NCBI GenBank assembly: GCA_963797555.1
Contig: CAWCPV010000004.1
Location: 512,001-576,000, forward strand
Length of the DNA stretch: 64,000 nt
Source of the DNA: an uncultured Gammaproteobacteria bacterium
GTDB taxonomy: Bacteria > Pseudomonadota > Gammaproteobacteria > CAWCPV01
Reading direction: 5' to 3'
The notes below the pieces were generated by a model that saw only the letters and a list, made by a program, of their open reading frames with translations, had not been told where the DNA came from and ran no database searches. The translations under genes were made by a program, and so were the position numbers. Positions 52,736-61,641 of the stretch are shown here, piece by piece (position 1 is the stretch's first letter; each line of letters starts with the position of its first letter).

Positions 52736-54004
52736 CTACAGTTCCGCATTAATGACCCGGCGGCGATACGGGCGCAGGATTCTGTGCAACACTGCGAGCC
52801 GCTCGACGTCGTCCTCGTATGTCGGCATTTGGAGAGCCCGGAGCATGAACGGCGGCCTACGGGACTTGCCTCGTGCAACAAGCTCCACATTCGTGCCCAC
52901 GGCGAGTCCCATGCCGGCTTCGATGCAAGTGTTCAGATTGTCGTCAGTGATATCAGCAAGTACCACGAACGCGTCGCATACCTTCTTCATGATGGCCGAC
53001 TGCAGGTTGTCCTCATGGATCTCGCTGCCGACAATTGTGGCCATGCCCGTTATCCGTTCAATCAGGTGTCGTATCGACCCGCCGGCCCGGGCCAGGTCGG
53101 AGTCCAGATCCATTGCACAGAAGACGTACTGGGGGGCAGGGGGCTCCCGCCACTGTTCCCACAGCCCGCTGAGGTTGACAGACACCGAAGTCGGGCATTG
53201 CGCCGCCGCAGTTTCCATCCGAAGCCAGCTAGCGTCGGAGCCATCGACGCGGCGGACCCGAGGGTCGGCGACTATCACGGTCGGGAGGTCGAGCCGGCCG
53301 GCTACGTCCATTTCATGAACGAAATAGTTGTATGGCCTCTCGCCAGCAGAGGCAGACTCAACTTCGCGAAAAGGGAGAATGCCGACAAAGGCTCCGCAGC
53401 TGGCGATGATGCGCTCGACCCTCTCGCCCATTCCGAAGCCCTTCTGGTCGCGAGCGTCTCCAATCAAGCGGAAGCCCTGTTGTACAAGAGCGCGGCACAC
53501 GGCACGCGCACTGTCGCTATCGTCAGGTTGCCAGGAACAGCTAATGAAGATGTCACGAGCAGTTGCTGGGTTCGGGCGCTTCTCGCCCGGGTAAAACGCT
53601 TGAATGATTGCGAGCGCGCTGTCGGGGTCGAGGCAAGGTCCGGGAAGGTCAATCCAGGTGGTGCCTCTGAGCAATTCTTCGACGTTCGCGTTAGGGAGGC
53701 GAAGTGCCACAACACGAAAGGCATCGTGGTTCGCGCGCTCGTCCATCGCCGAGTTGTATTCCGCCTTCACCCAACCCCGTGCGAGTGACTTGTCAGACGC
53801 CACCAGCAGTATCCCACGACATCGCTCTATAGCCGCTTGGAGATCGGTGGCGAGCAGCGCACCGCCAGCCAACTCTCGTGCGTCGTACCAGACGCGCAGG
53901 CCGGCATTCGTCAACCAGCGATCAAGCTGCGACACAAAAGCTGCGTCCTGATGCGCATGGCTCAGGAAGACGTTGAAGTCTCGCCTCTGTATCGGGAGAG
54001 TCAT
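52736..54004 (-). CDS. TIR-domain protein with additional TIR/NDT-like domains (cassette gene)
   Basis: VFLSHAHQD..GLRVWYD..WVKAE; second IFISCS..E block; C-terminal VVLADIT..NLNTCIEAG. Confidence 0.8.
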   Translation of the reverse strand: MTLPIQRRDFNVFLSHAHQDAAFVSQLDRWLTNAGLRVWYDARELAGGALLATDLQAAIERCRGILLVASDKSLARGWVKAEYNSAMDERANHDAFRVVALRLPNANVEELLRGTTWIDLPGPCLDPDSALAIIQAFYPGEKRPNPATARDIFISCSWQPDDSDSARAVCRALVQQGFRLIGDARDQKGFGMGERVERIIASCGAFVGILPFREVESASAGERPYNYFVHEMDVAGRLDLPTVIVADPRVRRVDGSDASWLRMETAAAQCPTSVSVNLSGLWEQWREPPAPQYVFCAMDLDSDLARAGGSIRHLIERITGMATIVGSEIHEDNLQSAIMKKVCDAFVVLADITDDNLNTCIEAGMGLAVGTNVELVARGKSRRPPFMLRALQMPTYEDDVERLAVLHRILRPYRRRVINAEL

Positions 54005-54087
54005 CGGGTCACCCGAGTACGCGGCACGAATTGCGTGGTCCATTTGCGCATTGTCGGAGCTGATACGAGATCATACCTCCAGGTGCG

Positions 54088-54145
54088 GCATAACGTTGCG
54101 CTTAGCGGCGCGCTTCAGCGCGTCCGCTGAAGCAGCAAGTTAGGC
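54088..54145 (-). other. attC site (58 bp)
   Basis: Minus strand GCCTAAC TTGCT GCTTCAGCGGACGCGCTGAAGCGCGCCGCTAAGC GCAAC GTTATGC, directly after a stop codon. Confidence 0.9.
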
Positions 54146-54634
54146 GCGGCCTAGAATACCTCAATATCGTCACGGCTGAATCCGGCTAAATTTGCGATGA
54201 TCTGCTCGAGTCCCCACGTCGGCGAAACAAACGCCGCATCCAATCGGAAGCGATGGTTGTACAAGGTTCCGAAAGCGTTCAATCTCATCCTCGGGGCAGA
54301 TAACGAATAGCATTTTATCCGTCGTGCAACGAATAGCATTTTATCCGTCGTGCGGCAGCATGATGGATAAAATGTGTTGAACTGAACCGCTGGATTCAGG
54401 CGACCGGCCTATGGGGATTGTATGGGGGCAGTCCCGCGTTGGGGCCGCTTGGGGTGTGGCTGGTCGGGTGGTTATGTGGTGCATGGACCGCTCGCTGGGC
54501 CTCGGTCTGGTGTGATGTCCCCCGCAGGGCACTATGGCAAAGGTGTGGTGGGCGGGTCAAGGGCTGGGGAAGGCCAAAGGGGACTGTGGCCGGCTTGCGG
54601 GGAAGCGGTCGGGGGCTTCGGCGGGTGATGGTCG

Positions 54635-55853
54635 TCATGAGAGCGGTGGGGGTCCGGTCGCTTTCGGGGTGGGGGGTGCAGCCCTGAGCGGCACCACGAG
54701 AACGATCCGCTGCAGGTGCCCTTCTCCGCAGTAGGGGCAGCGCTGGATATCGATGCCCGTCAGGCGCAGCATTGCCGCCCCCACCGACTCGGGTTCTCGT
54801 GGCGCTGGCGCTGGCTGGCCGAGCAGCGCCCGGCAACGGGCTAGGCGCTCGGTACGGTGGCGGTTGGCCAAGAGCCCGACATGGCGGATACGCATCAAGC
54901 CAGGTGGGAGCACATGGAGCAGGAAGCGGCGGATGAACTCCTCGGTCTCCAGACGCATCACTTTGATCCGATTGCCCCGGGCATAGTCCCGGTAGCGAAA
55001 GCGCACGGTGCCATCGTTGAGATCGAGGAGCCGCTCGTGGCTGATCGCCACCCGGTGGGTGTAGCGTCCCAGGTAGGCCAGCACCTGCTCGGGACCCGCA
55101 AATGGGGGCTTGGAGTAGACTACCCAGTCCTGGGAGTGCAGCTCGGTGAGAAAACGGTCAAAGCCCGCTGGCTCGGCGAGCCCCGCCAGCTCGCCGGCGA
55201 AATGCAGCTCACCGCGCCCGCGGGCCTGTTGCAGGATCTCCAGGTACTTGCCGCGGAACACCCGGGACAATGCCCGGACCGGAAACAGGAAGCCGCGCTT
55301 GGCGGGAATCCAGCGGCCGGCGTCGACGGAGAGCGCACCGCCGGTCACCACGCAGTGCACGTGGATATGCTGGCCGAGGTTCTGGCCCCAGGTGTGCAGC
55401 ACCAGGGTCGCGCCGAGTTCCCCACCGAGCCAGCGGGGATTGCGCCCAAAGTCCTGCAGTGTCTCGGAGGCGGCCCGGAACAGAGCATCGTAGATCTGCT
55501 TGGGATTGCCCTGCGCCAGCGCATTGAGAGCATGCGGCAGGGTGAACACCACGTGGAAGTACTCCACAGGGAGGAGCTCCCGCGCAGCGCGCCTGCAGCC
55601 AGTGCTCCTTGGCCAGCGTCTGGCACTTGGGGCAATGGCGGTTGCGGCAGGAGTGGTAGCGCAACTCGATGCGCCCGCAGCGGTCGCACTGCACCGCTTG
55701 AGCCCCCAGCAGGAGCGTGCGGCAGGCCTCGATGGCCCGCATCACCCGGTGCTGCTGAGCGCACAGCCGATGGGTTGCCCGGAAGTGCTCCCCGTGGGCC
55801 CGGAAGATATCCGCCAGCTCCAGCCGCCCCGCTCCCGCGGGACGGGTACACAC
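54635..55853 (-). pseudogene. IS91-family (Y2 HUH) transposase with 1-nt frameshift near 55580
   Basis: SCRNRHCPKC; HTWG..HIHVH; YLGRY; intact in copy 2. Confidence 0.9.
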
Positions 55854-55856
55854 CGC

Positions 55857-56715
55857 CTAGAACTGCGTGGGGCTCTCAGGGATCTCCAGCAGGTCGAGCG
55901 GCGAGGCGGTGCCGGTCAGGCGCGGCCTCGCCAGGTGAAAGTAGCGCAGGGTGGTGCTGAGGTGCCCATGGCCCAACAGGCGCTGGATGGTGTGGAGAAT
56001 CCACTGCCGCCTCCAGCAGGTGGGTGGCGAAGGCATGCCTCAGCCCGTGGATGCCGCAGCGCTTGGTGATGCCCGCCCTGCGCTTGGCTGCATAATAAAT
56101 CTTCTGGGCCGAGCGGGGCTCGATGGGATGTTCCCCGTCGCGCAGAGGAAAGAGCCAGCGCTTGGGGCGGTAGGCCATCCAGTAACGGCGAAGCTCAAGG
56201 AGCAAGCGCTTGGAGAGCAGCGTGTAGCGGTCCTTCGCCCCCTTGGCCTGCTCCACCCGAAGGGCCATGCGCTCGCTGTCGATGTCCGAGACCTTGAGGT
56301 GCGCCACCTCGCTCACCCGCAGCCCCGCGCTGTAGGTGGCCATCAACAGCGCCCGGTGCTTGAGGTTCAAGGTCGCCTCGAACAGCCGCTTGATCTCCTC
56401 GCGGCTCAGGATCTCGGGCAGCCTGGAGGGCTGTCGGGGGCTCGGCAGACAGAACTCGGCCTCGGAGCGGCCCAAGCTGACTCGGTAGAAGAACCGCAGG
56501 CCATTGGCGATGATGTTACAGGTGCTGCTGGAAAGTCCCCGCTCCGGAAGCCCGTGCAGCAGGTAGCTCTGCACCTCGGGCTCGGAGATCTCGTCGGGCC
56601 TGTGTCGGTAGAACCTGGCCAGACCCCGTACCGCATCGAGATAAGCCTCGCGGGTGCGCACCGCCATCCCGCGCAGCACCATGTCGTCGTCCATCTTCGC
56701 GCGCAGCTCGCTCAT
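55857..56715 (-). CDS. Tyrosine recombinase with SAM-like N-terminus; +1 frameshift near 55998
   Basis: YSAGLRVSE; KGAKDR; HGLRHAFATHLLE; LHTIQRLLGH..TTLRY in a shifted frame. Confidence 0.9.
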
Positions 56716-57148
56716 GACAGCCTCCTTTCAAGCAGAGAGTGGGAAAGACCCACGCAAAGCTTGGCAGAGCAGTCATGAGAGATCGCAAAACGTCAGGCGA
56801 AGATGAGGATCCGGCATAGCCGGTCGCATTACAGCGCCAAAATAGCGGAGCAGTTCAGCCAGAAACAATGCGAAAACGCCAAAAAAACCAAACCATCGCG
56901 TAAGCGGTTTAGTTCAACAATGAATGGGTGTGGAAGACTGAAGTTTCCCTTCTTTCGCCACCCACGTTCCCACCAGAATTCATTTCGGTAACGGCGACCG
57001 CCACCCGCACCATCGTTAGAACCCATCTGCTCGATAAAAGGTGTGATCTTCGAAATGGGCTGATCGTCGAAATGGCCGGCGTTATATCGAGATACCAGAC
57101 GGGATTTGCGCCTCCACCTCGACCTTGTTTCTTTGTTATCGCTATACC

Positions 57149-57852
57149 CATCCCATTACACACAACTTGAGGACACTCGTGTAACATCCTGACACAATGC
57201 TACAAGAGGGAGGGTGTCGGGATGAGCTGGGCAGCGGAGGAGTTCCAGGGCATTGACTTGGGCGACAAGCGGCTGGACAAGCGAGCGGTGTTGCTGGCCG
57301 AGCGGCTGGCGGAGAAGCCGACGGCGAGCATTCCAGGAGCGTGTGGGGGCTGGGCCGAGACCCAGGGGGCTTAACCGTGAGGCCGCCAGCTTCGAGCCAG
57401 CGGCCGAGATCATCGACTGGTATCGCGCCCGCTGGGAGATTGAACTCTTCTTCCACGTGCTGAAGAACGCCTGCCGCGTGGAGGCATTGCAGCTCAGCAC
57501 CATGGAACGCCTGGAACGGGCGCTGGCGCTATTCATGGTGGTCGCCTGGCGCATCGCCCGGCTGATGCGCCTGGGGCGCACCTGTCCGGACTTGGAGGCC
57601 GAGTGGTTGTTCGAGCGCGAGGAGTGGGAGGCAGCCTTCCTCCTGAACAAGAAACGCCCACCGAAGACGCCACCCCGACTGAACCAAGTGGTGCGTCTCA
57701 TCGCCAGGCTCGGCGGCTTCCTGGGGCGCAAGGGCGACGGCGAGCCCGGTGTGAAAACCCTCTGGCAAGGGCTGCAGCGGGTTATGGACTTCGCGGCAGG
57801 ACTGCACTACGCGCGTGAGGCCCAAGCCCTTTGACTTGTGTGTAACGAGATG
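57149..57852 (+). mobile_element. Internally deleted IS4 (IS50-like) element
   Basis: IRs CATCCCATTACACACAA / TTGTGTGTAACGAGATG; 9-bp TSD CGCTATACC (57140-57148, 57853-57861); N-term WAAEEF..LGDKRL joined to Y..RW.IE.F..LK C-term. Confidence 0.92.
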
Positions 57853-58153
57853 CGCTATACCATAGGGGGCAAATTCAAACTGACGCCCTTCGATCTCCCC
57901 TAGCAGCAAACATAGATGCTCGAGCGGCGTTTCCGTGAAACAGACGCACTTCTGAGACTCGGTCGCCTGGTGCGCCTCTTCGAGTCTTGTGACCGCTGGC
58001 CCGAACGGTGTTCGCGCCTCTACTCGCGTTGACTCGAGAATAGACTCAAGGCGCTCGCGCGCCGTCTGGTTTTCACCATCTCTCGTAAGGTGCACGAGAA
58101 AAGTGCCAAGGTCGGTTCTGCGCGCGATAACTTCGCGAATGTTCATGCGTGGT

Positions 58154-58216
58154 ACCTAACGTGCCAAGCTCAGGGGCCGCGACGTAGGAGCGGTCCCCTG
58201 GAGCGCAGAGTTAGGC
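58154..58216 (-). other. attC site (63 bp)
   Basis: GCCTAAC TCTGC GCTCCAGGGGACCGC..GCGGCCCCTGAGC TTGGCAC GTTAGGT; hicB stop lies within R''. Confidence 0.9.
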
Positions 58217-58423
58217 CATGACCTCGACGTACTCCACATGGCTAGCCGGCTGCGGAATCGGCAGCCCGTCCTCGTGCATCCCCGCCAGGTGAAACTCAAT
58301 GGCTTCCCGGATGGCGACTTCAGTCTCCTCCACCGTGGCCCCAGTAGCCACACAACCGGGCAGGTCTGGAACGTAGGCCGAGTAGTTGCTCTCCGCCTTC
58401 TCAATCACGACCGCATAACGCAT
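58211..58423 (-). CDS. hicB: HicB antitoxin
   Basis: MRYAVVIEKAESNYSAYVPDLPGCVATGAT. Confidence 0.9.
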   Translation of the reverse strand: MRYAVVIEKAESNYSAYVPDLPGCVATGATVEETEVAIREAIEFHLAGMHEDGLPIPQPASHVEYVEVMA

Positions 58424-58431
58424 GGCCACAC

Positions 58432-58620
58432 CTACTTTTTCCAACCCGCTTGCTTGAAGACACTGTTGAGCGTCCCAGGCGCCAGATCGTCGCTGGGCTT
58501 GCCCGCAACCGTCACGCGACCGGGCTTGGTCGGATGTTTCAACTGCCGATGGCTGCCCCGCGTTGCCACCACGTACCAGCCATCCTCCCGCAACTTCTCT
58601 AGCACCTCGCTGACCTTCAT
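58432..58620 (-). CDS. hicA: HicA toxin
   Basis: MKVSEVLEKLREDGWY..RGSHRQLKHPTKPGRVTV. Confidence 0.9.
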   Translation of the reverse strand: MKVSEVLEKLREDGWYVVATRGSHRQLKHPTKPGRVTVAGKPSDDLAPGTLNSVFKQAGWKK

Positions 58621-58626
58621 CAAGCA

Positions 58627-58655
58627 AGCATACTGCCCCACTGAGAGGTGGTCAA
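58627..58655 (-). promoter_or_regulatory. Sigma70 promoter of hicAB cassette (probably leaderless)
   Basis: TTGACC-17-TATGCT, 6 nt before the ATG. Confidence 0.65.
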
Positions 58656-58675
58656 AACGGGCTGGATAGCGAGCG

Positions 58676-58753
58676 GCCCAACGCCGGTGCTCACCCGCGA
58701 CGACGGCGGCCGTCAGGCCGCCGGAGGCGTCGTGGTGGAGCGGCTGGTTAGGC
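58676..58753 (-). other. attC site (78 bp)
   Basis: GCCTAAC CAGCC GCTCCACC..GGTGAGC ACCGGC GTTGGGC; upstream ORF stop lies within R''. Confidence 0.9.
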
Positions 58754-59236
58754 AGCGGAGCCAATTCCAGCATGCTCATTGATTTTCTCGAACCATATTT
58801 GAGCCATCTCTTTCGACATTGTGATGCCCCGTGGTAGAGGTTGCTCTGCTTCGATGTGGAGGTACAACGCGTGAGAAATCTCCGTGTACTCCTCGAAGAG
58901 TTCTGGGACGTTCGGTGCCCGCAGAATCAAACGCATGATTCGGAGCCAGCTATGAATCTGGTGTCGTCCGTCGCGGCTCTCAGTCTCTAGTAAGAGATAG
59001 ACGGACTGGTTGACCAGCGCTGGCAGAAGCGATCGAAGGTATGGAAAGTCCTTCTCCCAAAGTCCTTCAATCAACGCGATACCTACGCTTCGCTTTTGAG
59101 AACCGCCGGTCAGGTATTCCAGAGCCTGAATTAGAACCCGATGCCGCTGCTCGCCCCGACGCTCGAGGTACGCAGTGACGGCCAGGAGCCCAGCAACTAA
59201 CCAACCACCAACGGCAGCGATAACGGCTTCGGTCAC
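58748..59236 (-). CDS. Hypothetical cassette protein with N-terminal TM helix
   Basis: GTG start after GTTAGGCAGCGGAG; the cassette start is complementary to CTCCGCTGCCTAAC at its end. Confidence 0.7.
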   Translation of the reverse strand: MTEAVIAAVGGWLVAGLLAVTAYLERRGEQRHRVLIQALEYLTGGSQKRSVGIALIEGLWEKDFPYLRSLLPALVNQSVYLLLETESRDGRHQIHSWLRIMRLILRAPNVPELFEEYTEISHALYLHIEAEQPLPRGITMSKEMAQIWFEKINEHAGIGSAA

Positions 59237-59250
59237 GTCGAGTCTCCGCT

Positions 59251-59309
59251 GCCTAACGAATAGCATTTTATCCGTCGTGCGGCAGCATGATGGATAAAAT
59301 GTGTTGAAC
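59251..59309 (-). other. Atypical attC-like hairpin forming the element's downstream end (also 54324-54382)
   Basis: GTTCAAC A CATTTTATCC ATCATGC TGCC GCACGAC GGATAAAATG CTATTC GTTAGGC; RYYYAAC and GTTRRRY are present but the spacers are 1 vs 6 nt. Confidence 0.6.
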
Positions 59310-59561
59310 TGAACCGCTGGATTCAGGCGACCGGCCTATGGGGATTGTATGGGGGCAGTCCCGCGTTGGGGCCGCTTGGGGTGTGGCTGGTCGGGTGGTT
59401 ATGTGGTGCATGGACCGCTCGCTGGGCCTCGGTCTGGTGTGATGTCCCCCGCAGGGCACTATGGCAAAGGTGTGGTGGGCGGGTCAAGGGCTGGGGAAGG
59501 CCAAAGGGGACTGTGGCCGGCTTGCGGGGAAGCGGTCGGGGGCTTCGGCGGGTGATGGTCG

Positions 59562-60779
59562 TCATGAGAGCGGTGGGGGTCCGGTCGCTTTCGGGGTGGG
59601 GGGTGCAGCCCTGAGCGGCACCACGAGAACGATCCGCTGCAGGTGCCCTTCTCCGCAGTAGGGGCAGCGCTGGATATCGATGCCCGTCAGGCGCAGCATT
59701 GCCGCCCCCACCGACTCGGGTTCTCGTGGCGCTGGCGCTGGCTGGCCGAGCAGCGCCCGGCAACGGGCTAGGCGCTCGGTACGGTGGCGGTTGGCCAAGA
59801 GCCCGACATGGCGGATACGCATCAAGCCAGGTGGGAGCACATGGAGCAGGAAGCGGCGGATGAACTCCTCGGTCTCCAGACGCATCACTTTGATCCGATT
59901 GCCCCGGGCATAGTCCCGGTAGCGAAAGCGCACGGTGCCATCGTTGAGATCGAGGAGCCGCTCGTGGCTGATCGCCACCCGGTGGGTGTAGCGTCCCAGG
60001 TAGGCCAGCACCTGCTCGGGACCCGCAAATGGGGGCTTGGAGTAGACTACCCAGTCCTGGGAGTGCAGCTCGGTGAGAAAACGGTCAAAGCCCGCTGGCT
60101 CGGCGAGCCCCGCCAGCTCGCCGGCGAAATGCAGCTCACCGCGCCCGCGGGCCTGTTGCAGGGTCTCCAGGTACTTGCCGCGGAACACCCGGGACAATGC
60201 CCGGACCGGAAACAGGAAGCCGCGCTTGGCGGGAATCCAGCGGCCGGCGTCGACGGAGAGCGCACCGCCGGTCACCACGCAGTGCACGTGGATATGCTGG
60301 CCGAGGTTCTGGCCCCAGGTGTGCAGCACCAGGGTCGCGCCGAGTTCCCCACCGAGCCAGCGGGGATTGCGCCCAAAGTCCTGCAGTGTCTCGGAGGCGG
60401 CCCGGAACAGAGCAGCGTAGATCTGCTTGGGATTGCCCTGCGCCAGCGCATTGAGAGCATGCGGCAGGGTGAACACCACGTGGAAGTACTCCACAGGGAG
60501 GAGCTCCGCGCAGCGCGCCTGCAGCCAGTGCTCCTTGGCCAGCGTCTGGCACTTGGGGCAATGGCGGTTGCGGCAGGAGTGGTAGCGCAACTCGATGCGC
60601 CCGCAGCGGTCGCACTGCACCGCTTGAGCCCCCAGCAGGAGCGTGCGGCAGGCCTCGATGGCCCGCATCACCCGGTGCTGCTGAGCGCACAGCCGATGGG
60701 TTGCCCGGAAGTGCTCCCCGTGGGCCCGGAAGATATCCGCCAGCTCCAGCCGCCCCGCTCCCGCGGGACGGGTACACAC
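59562..60779 (-). CDS. IS91-family (Y2 HUH) transposase, intact
   Basis: 405 aa; Zn-binding N-terminus, HIH, YLGRY. Confidence 0.93.
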   Translation of the reverse strand: MCTRPAGAGRLELADIFRAHGEHFRATHRLCAQQHRVMRAIEACRTLLLGAQAVQCDRCGRIELRYHSCRNRHCPKCQTLAKEHWLQARCAELLPVEYFHVVFTLPHALNALAQGNPKQIYAALFRAASETLQDFGRNPRWLGGELGATLVLHTWGQNLGQHIHVHCVVTGGALSVDAGRWIPAKRGFLFPVRALSRVFRGKYLETLQQARGRGELHFAGELAGLAEPAGFDRFLTELHSQDWVVYSKPPFAGPEQVLAYLGRYTHRVAISHERLLDLNDGTVRFRYRDYARGNRIKVMRLETEEFIRRFLLHVLPPGLMRIRHVGLLANRHRTERLARCRALLGQPAPAPREPESVGAAMLRLTGIDIQRCPYCGEGHLQRIVLVVPLRAAPPTPKATGPPPLS

Positions 60780-60782
60780 CGC

Positions 60783-61641
60783 CTAGAACTGCGTGGGGCT
60801 CTCAGGGATCTCCAGCAGGTCGAGCGGCGAGGCGGTGCCGGTCAGGCGCGGCCTCGCCAGGTGAAAGTAGCGCAGGGTGGTGCTGAGGTGCCCATGGCCC
60901 AACAGGCGCTGGATGGTGTGGAGAATCCACTGCCGCCTCCAGCAGGTGGGTGGCGAAGGCATGCCTCAGCCCGTGGATGCCGCAGCGCTTGGTGATGCCC
61001 GCCCTGCGCTTGGCTGCATAATAAATCTTCTGGGCCGAGCGGGGCTCGATGGGATGTTCCCCGTCGCGCAGAGGAAAGAGCCAGCGCTTGGGGCGGTAGG
61101 CCATCCAGTAACGGCGAAGCTCAAGGAGCAAGCGCTTGGAGAGCAGCGTGTAGCGGTCCTTCGCCCCCTTGGCCTGCTCCACCCGAAGGGCCATGCGCTC
61201 GCTGTCGATGTCCGAGACCTTGAGGTGCGCCACCTCGCTCACCCGCAGCCCCGCGCTGTAGGTGGCCATCAACAGCGCCCGGTGCTTGAGGTTCAAGGTC
61301 GCCTCGAACAGCCGCTTGATCTCCTCGCGGCTCAGGATCTCGGGCAGCCTGGAGGGCTGTCGGGGGCTCGGCAGACAGAACTCGGCCTCGGAGCGGCCCA
61401 AGCTGACTCGGTAGAAGAACCGCAGGCCATTGGCGATGATGTTACAGGTGCTGCTGGAAAGTCCCCGCTCCGGAAGCCCGTGCAGCAGGTAGCTCTGCAC
61501 CTCGGGCTCGGAGATCTCGTCGGGCCTGTGTCGGTAGAACCTGGCCAGACCCCGTACCGCATCGAGATAAGCCTCGCGGGTGCGCACCGCCATCCCGCGC
61601 AGCACCATGTCGTCGTCCATCTTCGCGCGCAGCTCGCTCAT
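60783..61641 (-). CDS. Tyrosine recombinase; same +1 frameshift near 60924
   Basis: Identical to copy 1. Confidence 0.9.

Larger units (their letters stand above)
54302..56918 (-). mobile_element. Tyrosine recombinase + IS91-like transposase element, copy 1
   Basis: Near-identical to 59255-61844; core 54328-56918 plus a 26-bp terminal duplication. Confidence 0.92.
54151..58146 (-). pseudogene. AbiGi-like (PF10899-type) cassette gene split by IS4 and the Int/IS91 element
   Basis: Pieces 58146-57853, 57139-56919 and 54304-54151: LVHLTR..VCFTETPL..YGIA|ITKK..NPVWY..EFWWERGWR..HPFI-V-ICPE..WGLEQII. Confidence 0.8.

Noticed and set aside
55857-56715. Recombinase as a bona fide IntI
   Set aside because: About 285 aa, lacks the IntI-specific insertion before HxLRH, is co-oriented with the cassettes and is coupled to a Y2 transposase.
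56919-56995. attC upstream of element copy 1
   Set aside because: Weak AATGAAT/ATTCATT symmetry only and no RYYYAAC; the sequence is AbiGi-like coding DNA.
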